Assembly (NCBI GenBank): GCA_964534375.1
Contig: CAZHPN010000083.1
Span: 1-23,437 of the forward strand
Source: an uncultured bacterium
Lineage (GTDB): Bacteria; Lernaellota; Lernaellaia; Lernaellales; Lernaellaceae
Length of the DNA stretch: 23,437 bases
Direction of reading: 5' to 3'
Part shown: positions 16,598 to 23,437 of the stretch, one piece after another
How the letters are laid out: each line of letters opens with the position of its first letter
How positions within the stretch are numbered: the first letter of the stretch is position 1
Translations under genes and position numbers: made by a program
The notes under the pieces: model-generated
The model's database searches: none
Told to the model about the DNA's origin: nothing
What the model saw: only the letters and a program-made list of their open reading frames with translations

Positions 16598-16957
16598 ATG
16601 AAAAAGACCGCGCGAGGCGTTGGTTTTCTGGTGTTTGGTTGCCTGTTGGCGGCGACGGCGTGTCATCGCGGGCCGAACCGCGCTTTGATCTACAAGCCGG
16701 TCAACGCGGCGCACTACGTGCAGAACTGCCTGACCTTCATGGAAAAATGCCTCGGCGAAACCGAGCAAGACGCCAACTCGGAGTGCTCCTGGATCGCCCA
16801 GGCGACGCAAGTGCCGGAATGCGTCGAAGTTGCTCTGGGCGATCTGATCGATTGCTTCAACACGACTGTCACCTGCGGCACGGTGGATCAGGCCGCGACC
16901 AACGCGATCGACGCCTGCATGGACACTTTCGATTCCCAATCCAAGAGATGCTACTGA
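16598..16957 (+). CDS. Small lipoprotein with an 8-cysteine domain, paralogous in Cys spacing to the upstream gene
   Basis: Signal peptide/lipobox MKKTARGVGFLVFGCLLAATA-C. Eight further Cys with nearly the same spacing as 16118..16465. Confidence 0.8.
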   Translation: MKKTARGVGFLVFGCLLAATACHRGPNRALIYKPVNAAHYVQNCLTFMEKCLGETEQDANSECSWIAQATQVPECVEVALGDLIDCFNTTVTCGTVDQAATNAIDACMDTFDSQSKRCY

Positions 16958-17181
16958 CGGCAAATGCGTCGCCGGCTGCCTCCGGCACTAGAGAATAACT
17001 AACGTTTCGACTAACTTCAGCGGGATGGCGGCAGTCTGTCAAGCCGCCCCAATGAATATTACTTTAATGTATAAGTTTATTTTTGAGAGTCCGCCGAAAC
17101 AGCAAAACATCGAATTATAACAATAGGTTGCGGCGACAACTTTTCACGCGCTCTGAAACATGGCGTTTTGTAATTTTTTCG

Positions 17182-17209
17182 TTGACCTACGCGCAATCTT
17201 TGCTATAGT
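17182..17209 (+). promoter_or_regulatory. Putative sigma70 promoter of purL-purQ with an extended -10
   Basis: TTGACC (17182-17187), 16 nt spacer, TATAGT (17204-17209) preceded by TG at 17201-17202. AT-rich upstream region. Confidence 0.6.
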
Positions 17210-17288
17210 ACCCCGCACTTGGGGCTCGACATAATCGTCTGAAGTTGTCAAGCCCCCTGGCTTCGCGCAGGAAAGAGGAAACATCCGC

Positions 17289-20270
17289 ATGGCGCATCGT
17301 ATCGAAGTCCGTCTGAAGCCGCACGTCGCCGACGCCCTCGGCGCCAAGGTGGTGCGGCAGATCCGCGAAAATCTCGGTTTGGAAGTGGAAGGCGTCCGCA
17401 CCGTGGATGTTTACACGGTCGACAAGCGCCTCACGCCCGCCCAGATGAAAAAAACAGCGGCGGCGGTGTTCGTCGACCCGATCATTCAGGATCTTTGTTT
17501 CACCAAGCCGGCCGGCGCGGATTTGACGTGGGACTGGCTGGTGGAAGTCGGTTTTCGGCCCGGCGTGACGGACAACGTCGGCCGAACCGCGCGGGAAGCG
17601 TTGGCGCGCGCCGGCGGTTACGAATTCAAAGGCGACGAAGCCGTTTACACTAGCCGGCAGTATCTGATCTCGGGCAAACTGACCGAGGCCGACGTCGAGC
17701 GCATCGCGGCCGACTTGCTGGCCAACGGCCTGATCCAGCGCTGGACGATCGTCCCCGCCAAAAAATACAACAAGAAGAAGATCGCGACGGCGCACGTCCC
17801 GAAAGTGCAGATCGAAACGAAACCCCGGGTCAAAGCGCTCGACCTGGCGATTTCCGATGCGCAGTTGATGAAGCTCAGCCGCGAGCGCACCCTGGCGCTT
17901 TCGCTTCCCGAGATGAAAGCGATTCAAAAGCACTACAAGAGCGCCGCGACGGCCAAAGCGCGCCGCAAATTCGGCCTGGGCAAGACGCCGACCGACGTGG
18001 AACTGGAAGCGTTGGCGCAAACCTGGTCCGAGCACTGCAAACACAAGATTTTCAACGCGCGGATTTCCTACACCGAAGGCGAGAACCAGGAAACCATCGA
18101 CTCGCTGTTCGACACCTATATCAAAGGCTCGACGGAGCGCATCCGCAAGGCGAAAGGCCCCAAAGATTTCTGCCTGTCCGTCTTCCGCGACAACGCGGGC
18201 GTGATCCGCTTCAACGATAAATACTCGCTGGTGATGAAGGTCGAAACGCACAACAGCCCGAGCGCGCTGGACCCCTACGGCGGCGCGTTGACCGGCATCG
18301 TGGGCGTCAACCGCGACCCGTTCGGCACCGGCGCCGGCGCGAAGCTGATCCTCAACACCGACGTCTTCTGCTTCGCCAGTCCGTTCTTCAAGAAGCCGCT
18401 CGGCCCGCGCCTGCTGCACCCGAAGCGCGTGCTCGAGGGCGTGCGCGAGGGCGTCGAGCACGGCGGCAACAAGTCGGGCATCCCGACCGTCAACGGCTCC
18501 GTGGTCTTCGACGACCGCTTCGCCGGCAAACCGCTGGTCTTCTGCGGCACGGCCGGGCTGCTGCCGGCGAAGGTTTGCGGCAAACCGGGCGAATACAAGA
18601 AGGCGGAAATCGGCGACTGGATCGTGATGGTCGGCGGCCGGATCGGCAAAGACGGCATTCACGGCGCCACCTTTTCGTCGGAAGGGCTGCACGAGAAGAG
18701 CCCGGCGACGGCGGTGCAGATCGGCGACCCGATCACGCAGAAGCGGATGACCGATTTCCTGCTCAAGGCGCGCGACAAGTGCCTGTACAGCGCGATCACC
18801 GACGACGGCGCCGGCGGGTTGTCCTCGTCGATCGGCGAAATGGCGCGCGACACGGGCGGCTGCGAAGTCGACCTGGAAAAAGCGCCGCTGAAATACGCGG
18901 GCTTGAACCCGTGGGAAATCCTTTTGTCCGAGGCGCAAGAGCGGATGACGCTCGCCGTGCCGCCCGCGCATCTCGCCGAATTTCTCGCGTTGTCGAAGAA
19001 GATGAGCGTCGAATCGACGGCGCTGGGCAAATTCACCGACAGCGGCGTGTTCCATATCAAGTATCACGGCAAGTCCGTCGCCGCGCTCGACATGGAGTTC
19101 CTGCACGAAGGCGCGCCGAACATGGAATTGGAAGCGGTCTGGCGCCAGCTTCGCTACCCCGAGCCGCGGCCGCCGCAATTCATGGACCTGGGCGAAATGG
19201 TCCTGCGCGTGCTCGCGCGCTTGAACGTGTGTTCGAAAGAGTACTGGGTCCGCCAATACGACCACGAAGTGCAGGGCGGCAGCGTGGTGAAGCCGCTGGT
19301 GGGCGTGAACAACGACGGTCCGTCCGACGCGGCGGTGATCCGCCCCGACCTGGACAGCATGGAAGGCGTGGTCGTCGCCCACGGCATCTGCCCGAAATTC
19401 GGCGACATCGACGCCTACGTGATGGCGGCGAACGCGGTCGACGAAGCGGTGCGCAACGCCGTGGCCGTCGGCGCCGACGTCGACCACCTCGCCGGCCTCG
19501 ACAACTTCTGCTGGCCCGACCCCGTGCAGAGCGACGCCACGCCCGACGGCCGCTACAAGCTCGCGCAACTGGTCCGCGCCTGCAAAGCGCTCTCCGAGGT
19601 GACGACGATCTACGGCGTGCCGTGCATCTCCGGCAAAGACTCGATGAAGAACGACTACCAGATCGGCGACGTCAAGATTTCCGTGCCGCCGACGCTGCTG
19701 TTCACCGTCATCGGCCGCATCGCCGACGTCCGCCGCTGCGTCACGATGGACGCGAAGAACCCCGGCGATCTCGTGTATCTGCTCGGCTACACCCGCGACG
19801 AAATGGGCGGCTCCGAGTACTACCGGGAACTCGGCTTCATCGGCAACAAGGCCCCGCGCCTCGAACCCGAATACTCGGTCGAGATGTACCGCCGCCTGCG
19901 CGACGCCATGCGCGCCAACATCGTCCGCTCGTGCCACGACTTGTCCGACGGCGGGCTCGCCGCCGGCCTGGCCGAAACCGCGTTCGCCGGCGGCTACGGT
20001 CTGTCGGCGTATCTCTCGCGCGTGCCGTACGAAGGCGTGGAGCGCGACGACTTCGTATTGTTCGCCGAAAGCCCGGGGCGGCTGCTGGTGACCGTGCGGC
20101 CCGAGCACAAGACGGCCTTCGAAGAGCGAATGGTCGATTCGATGTACGCCGAAATCGGGCTGGTGACGAAAGACCCGGTGCTCGAAGTCGTGGGCGTCAA
20201 CGGCAGCGTGCTGTGCCGCATTCCGATCGCCGAGCTGAAACGCGCGTGGCAAAGCACGTTGAATTTCTAG
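17289..20270 (+). CDS. purL: Phosphoribosylformylglycinamidine synthase synthetase subunit with fused N-terminal PurS-like domains (PurSL type)
   Basis: 993 aa. Motifs QTWSEHCKHKIFNA, KVETHNSPSALDPYGGALTG, DGIHGATFSS, VQIGDP, DDGAGG, SEAQERM, QYDHEVQG, ISGKDSM, HDLSDGG. No glutaminase domain. SD GAGGA. Confidence 0.96.
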   Translation: MAHRIEVRLKPHVADALGAKVVRQIRENLGLEVEGVRTVDVYTVDKRLTPAQMKKTAAAVFVDPIIQDLCFTKPAGADLTWDWLVEVGFRPGVTDNVGRTAREALARAGGYEFKGDEAVYTSRQYLISGKLTEADVERIAADLLANGLIQRWTIVPAKKYNKKKIATAHVPKVQIETKPRVKALDLAISDAQLMKLSRERTLALSLPEMKAIQKHYKSAATAKARRKFGLGKTPTDVELEALAQTWSEHCKHKIFNARISYTEGENQETIDSLFDTYIKGSTERIRKAKGPKDFCLSVFRDNAGVIRFNDKYSLVMKVETHNSPSALDPYGGALTGIVGVNRDPFGTGAGAKLILNTDVFCFASPFFKKPLGPRLLHPKRVLEGVREGVEHGGNKSGIPTVNGSVVFDDRFAGKPLVFCGTAGLLPAKVCGKPGEYKKAEIGDWIVMVGGRIGKDGIHGATFSSEGLHEKSPATAVQIGDPITQKRMTDFLLKARDKCLYSAITDDGAGGLSSSIGEMARDTGGCEVDLEKAPLKYAGLNPWEILLSEAQERMTLAVPPAHLAEFLALSKKMSVESTALGKFTDSGVFHIKYHGKSVAALDMEFLHEGAPNMELEAVWRQLRYPEPRPPQFMDLGEMVLRVLARLNVCSKEYWVRQYDHEVQGGSVVKPLVGVNNDGPSDAAVIRPDLDSMEGVVVAHGICPKFGDIDAYVMAANAVDEAVRNAVAVGADVDHLAGLDNFCWPDPVQSDATPDGRYKLAQLVRACKALSEVTTIYGVPCISGKDSMKNDYQIGDVKISVPPTLLFTVIGRIADVRRCVTMDAKNPGDLVYLLGYTRDEMGGSEYYRELGFIGNKAPRLEPEYSVEMYRRLRDAMRANIVRSCHDLSDGGLAAGLAETAFAGGYGLSAYLSRVPYEGVERDDFVLFAESPGRLLVTVRPEHKTAFEERMVDSMYAEIGLVTKDPVLEVVGVNGSVLCRIPIAELKRAWQSTLNF

Positions 20271-20295
20271 AGGGAGCGTCCGCAAAGTGGGAGAC

Positions 20296-21150
20296 ATGAA
20301 AGCGATTGTCGTAACCGGCAACGGGACCAATTGCGAAATGGAGATGGCGCACGCCTGCCGACTGGGCGGCTTCGAGCAAGTGGACATCGCGTTCATTTAC
20401 GAGATCCTGCACAACGAATTCGATCTCGAAGACTACCATCTGCTGTGCCTGCCCGGCGGCTTCCTCGACGGCGACGACCTCGGTTCGGCCAAGGCCTCGG
20501 CCGTGCTGTGGCGCTACGCCGCCCTCTCCCGCAGCAAGAAGCTGATCAACGTGCTGCGGCACTTCATCGAATCCGGCAAGCTGATCCTCGGCGTCTGCAA
20601 CGGCTTTCAACTGTTGGTGAAGTTGGGCCTGCTGCCGGCCATCGACGGCGAATTCTTCGACCAGACGGCGACGTTGACCGTCAACGACTCCGGCCGTTTC
20701 GAGTCGCGCTGGGTCAACTTGGTGGTCGAGCCGCGCACGCCGTGCGTCTTCCTCAAGGGCGTCGAGAAGCTGCAACTGCCCGTCCGGCACGGCGAAGGCA
20801 AGCTCGTTTTCGCCGACGACAAAGTCCTCGAAGATGTGAAGAAAAAACGGCTCGGGGCGGTGCGCTACGCCAACGCCAAGTTCGAGCCGACCGACAAATA
20901 TCCGGCCAACCCCAACGGCGCCGCGGACGCGATCGCCGGCCTCTGCGACGAAACCGGGCGCATTTTCGGCCTGATGCCGCATCCCGAGGCCTTCACGCAC
21001 TACACGAACTACCCCCACTGGCAGCGCTTCAAGAACATGCCGGAAGAGGGGCAAGGCGTCGCGCTGTTCCGCAATGCGCACAATTACCTCAAGAAGCATT
21101 TCAAAGGGGCGGACGGCGCGCCCGTTGAGGACCGCGCGGAGAGTCGTTAG
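20296..21150 (+). CDS. purQ: Phosphoribosylformylglycinamidine synthase glutaminase subunit
   Basis: Motifs GTNCE, PGGFLDGDDLG, LGVCNGFQ (catalytic Cys), NDSGRFESRWV, HGEG, YPANPNG, GLMPHPE. ATG 20296 follows GGGAG. Confidence 0.96.
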   Translation: MKAIVVTGNGTNCEMEMAHACRLGGFEQVDIAFIYEILHNEFDLEDYHLLCLPGGFLDGDDLGSAKASAVLWRYAALSRSKKLINVLRHFIESGKLILGVCNGFQLLVKLGLLPAIDGEFFDQTATLTVNDSGRFESRWVNLVVEPRTPCVFLKGVEKLQLPVRHGEGKLVFADDKVLEDVKKKRLGAVRYANAKFEPTDKYPANPNGAADAIAGLCDETGRIFGLMPHPEAFTHYTNYPHWQRFKNMPEEGQGVALFRNAHNYLKKHFKGADGAPVEDRAESR

Positions 21151-21195
21151 TTTCTGGCCGGGGCGGCGAAACCTGGGGCTCGCGGGGGTTGTGTG

Positions 21196-22038
21196 ATGAT
21201 TCCTACCGACGTCTTCGACGCGCTCGGCCTGCCATTCGACCTGCTGGAAGAAATCTGGACCTCGGACGAAGGGCCCGCCGAGCAGGAAATCCGCGTTTTT
21301 CAGCGCTGTCTGATCCTGCTGGGCTACCCGACGGGCGGGCACGGCCGGCCGTGCATCGACGGCGTGGTCGGGCCCAACATGCGCCGCGCGCTCAAGCAAT
21401 ATCAGGATGAACGCGGCCTGCCCGCCGACGCCCGCCTCGACGCCGAGCTGCGCCGCCGCCTCTACGACGAGGCCGCCGCCTGGCTCGCCGCCTTCGACGA
21501 GCCCAGCCGCACGCGCACGCACGGTCAGTTGCTGCAGGTCGAGGACCTGCCGCCGTACACCGCGCATCTGGTCATCCACGAGTTCCTGCACGAGGCCGAC
21601 GAACGCGTCGCCGAGCCGCTCCGGCCGGCGTTTTATGCGCTGGTTTCGTGGGCCAACAACGCCATCACCCTGCCCTGTCTGCCGCTGAAAAAATATCTCG
21701 AAAATCTGCGGACGATGTCGCCGCGCGAGGCGCGGTTGGCCGCGCTGCGCTACGGCTACCTGCGGCAGCCGTTGTCGTATTTCGAAAAGCGTTTCGGCGC
21801 CGCGGCCGCGCGCGCGTTGAATCCCGGCGATCTCGCCTTTCATTTCGACGTCGTCGCCGCCGTCCTGCAAGACGACGCCGAATTGCGCCAGGCCGCGGAG
21901 GCGAAAAACGGCGAGGCCATGCTCCGCCGCCTCGAATGGCTCGAAGACGACTCGTCGATCAGGGGCCCGGCCACCCTGCCCAACGCGCTCGCCGAATTCG
22001 CCGCCCTGCTGGCGCGCCAGCCGGTGACGCCGGCGTAA
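21196..22038 (+). CDS. Peptidoglycan-binding-domain (PG_binding_1-like) protein with an uncharacterised C-terminal region containing HExxH
   Basis: EIRVFQRCLILLGY...IDGVVGPNMRRALKQYQDERGL matches the PGBD pattern. HEFLH at 21577-21591. Start is GTG 21193 or ATG 21196. Confidence 0.72.
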   Translation: MIPTDVFDALGLPFDLLEEIWTSDEGPAEQEIRVFQRCLILLGYPTGGHGRPCIDGVVGPNMRRALKQYQDERGLPADARLDAELRRRLYDEAAAWLAAFDEPSRTRTHGQLLQVEDLPPYTAHLVIHEFLHEADERVAEPLRPAFYALVSWANNAITLPCLPLKKYLENLRTMSPREARLAALRYGYLRQPLSYFEKRFGAAAARALNPGDLAFHFDVVAAVLQDDAELRQAAEAKNGEAMLRRLEWLEDDSSIRGPATLPNALAEFAALLARQPVTPA

Positions 22039-22054
22039 CCGGGCGTCCGCTTCC

Positions 22055-23158
22055 GTGACCGCCGATCAGCTCGCGCTCGACCCCGCGCCGGGCTCGCCCC
22101 CGCCGGCCGCCAACCGCGCCGAATGGATCGACGCCCTGCGCGGCCTCGCGATTCTGGCGGTCGTGTTCGTGCACAGCCATCCGGGGCCGGGGCCGGACAA
22201 ATACCTGCACGTGGTGTTGGTGCCGTCGTTTTTCTTCTCGGCGGGCCTCGTGTTCCAAGCGGGCAAATACGCGACGTGGCGGGCGTTCGCCAAGCGGCGG
22301 CTGCGCGGCCTGGTCGTTCCCTACCTGTTTTTTTCGGCGGTGGCGTGGGCGTTTTGGGCGACGGTCTGGGCGTGGAGCCGCTGGGGCCTCGGCGTCCGCA
22401 ATCCGGAACTGACGCGGATGGCGTTCGCGCCGCTGGTCGGCATCCCGTACGGCGCCGCGAAGTTCATGGATTACAACGTCCCGCTCTGGTTTTTGACGTG
22501 CCTGTTCTCGGCCGACAACCTTTTCTATTTTTTGCAAAAATGGGTGAAGTCGGCCGGCGCCCTCGTCGCGGCGCTGCTCGGGTTGTCGCTGGCCGGCTTC
22601 GCAATCACGCGCGCGCTGCCGCTGTCGCTGCCGTGGCACGTCGACATGGCGCTGATCGTGCTCCCCTACTACGGCGCCGGTTATCTCTTCCGCCGCCGCT
22701 TCGGCCTGACGCCGCGCCTGGCTTGGCCGGCGCAGATCCTCGTCGCCGCCGCCGCCCTCGCCGCCTCGCTGTACGTCAGCCGGTTCAACCCCGAACTGCG
22801 CTGGGTCGACAACAACATCGGCCGCTGGCTGCCGTTTCAACTCACCGCGGCCGGCGCGGTCGTCTTTTTCTCGCTGCTGGCCCAACTTTTGGCCCGCCTG
22901 CGCGTGCTCGGCTATTTCGGCCGCAATTCGCTGCCGCTGCTCGGCCTGCACGCGCTGACGATGCCGCTCTTTCTCGCCGTCGCCGGCGCCGCGCTGGGGA
23001 TCGCCAACCCGCGCACCCCGCACACGACGCCCTGGGCGCTGATCTGGGCAACCGGCGCGATCCTGCTCGCGCTGCCGCTCGTCCGCCTGCTCAACCGCTA
23101 CGCGCCGTGGGCCGTGGGGCGGCCGAGGGAGAAAAGACCGAGACGAATGGAATGCTAA
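22055..23158 (+). CDS. Acyltransferase family 3 (membrane O-acyl/acetyltransferase)
   Basis: Motifs WIDALRGLAILAVVFVH, FFFSAG, KRRLRGLVVPYL, LWFLTCLF, GRNSL. Multiple TM helices. GTG start. Confidence 0.92.
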   Translation: MTADQLALDPAPGSPPPAANRAEWIDALRGLAILAVVFVHSHPGPGPDKYLHVVLVPSFFFSAGLVFQAGKYATWRAFAKRRLRGLVVPYLFFSAVAWAFWATVWAWSRWGLGVRNPELTRMAFAPLVGIPYGAAKFMDYNVPLWFLTCLFSADNLFYFLQKWVKSAGALVAALLGLSLAGFAITRALPLSLPWHVDMALIVLPYYGAGYLFRRRFGLTPRLAWPAQILVAAAALAASLYVSRFNPELRWVDNNIGRWLPFQLTAAGAVVFFSLLAQLLARLRVLGYFGRNSLPLLGLHALTMPLFLAVAGAALGIANPRTPHTTPWALIWATGAILLALPLVRLLNRYAPWAVGRPREKRPRRMEC

Positions 23159-23385
23159 ACCCAGAGACCGCAGAGAAAGCGCACAAAGGACGCCGAGACG
23201 ACCGCAACGCGTTGGGTTCCGTGCTCGCTGTGTCTTCCCTCTGTACTACTATCGTTTCGTTTCTTGTTTCGGCGCAAAGATTTTCGCATCGCCAACGGCC
23301 CCAGGACTAAAGAGACTGTCGATTTTCTTGGCGTTGCAAAACATCCATCGTTTTCCCCACGATTACGCGGCTTCGCCCCTTTATT

Positions 23386-23413
23386 CGTCATTCCCGCGGA
23401 GGCGGGAATCCAG
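23386..23413. repeat. REP/dRS3-like palindrome CGTCATTCCCGCGGAGGCGGGAATCCAG
   Basis: ATTCCC (23390-23395), N8, GGGAAT (23404-23409). Same layout as the Neisseria dRS3 core and the widespread GTCATTCCCGCGnAnGCGGGAATCC intergenic palindromes. Confidence 0.75.
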
Positions 23414-23437
23414 GCATTGTAAGAGCGCCTTTCCAGG

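Noticed and set aside
16457..16988. Both Cys-rich lipoproteins end C-x-TGA, suggesting C-x-Sec read-through
   Set aside because: Each already has an even set of 8 Cys, UGA is the default stop at this GC content, the extensions look non-coding, gene 1 is followed by a terminator, and the hairpin after gene 2 lacks a G at the start of its loop.
17055..17085. dif-like sequence (TAATGTATA core)
   Set aside because: Only the central part matches. The conserved XerD arm TTATGTTAAAT is absent.
17187..20396. 1069-aa antisense ORF over purL, and similar long antisense or alternate-frame ORFs over selA, the M18 peptidase, the kinase and pncB
   Set aside because: Shadow ORFs expected from high-GC codon bias. 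They have Arg/Ala/Gly-rich, motif-free translations and fully overlap well-supported genes.

Overview
High-GC bacterial chromosomal window. Gene content and protein style suggest a deltaproteobacterial/Myxococcota-like lineage, which is an inference. From left to right it holds: a truncated, unlisted minus-strand ORF with a Cas2/VapD-like 'WLSYDL' N-terminus; selA followed by two zinc-ribbon genes, an NTF2-like membrane-anchored protein and a patatin; an Ig-repeat lipoprotein; an M18 aminopeptidase; a GT-C-like membrane protein; an amidohydrolase; a pectinacetylesterase/Notum-family lipoprotein; a PAS-PAS-GAF histidine kinase with an Rcp1-type receiver; a heptamer tandem repeat; pncB-pncA (NAD salvage); two small Cys-rich lipoproteins; purSL-purQ; a peptidoglycan-binding protein with an HExxH motif; an acyltransferase-3; and palindromic repeat elements at the right edge. 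No tRNA, rRNA, CRISPR array or transposase was seen. The best leads are: (i) two adjacent lipoproteins of low sequence identity that share a nearly identical 8-Cys spacing; (ii) an 'ADDDASP' acidic tether on three unrelated lipoproteins; (iii) the Cas2/VapD-like edge gene; (iv) an in-frame UGA plus hairpin between the FmdB gene and the next ORF inside the selA operon. All family assignments come from motif recognition by eye, not from database searches.
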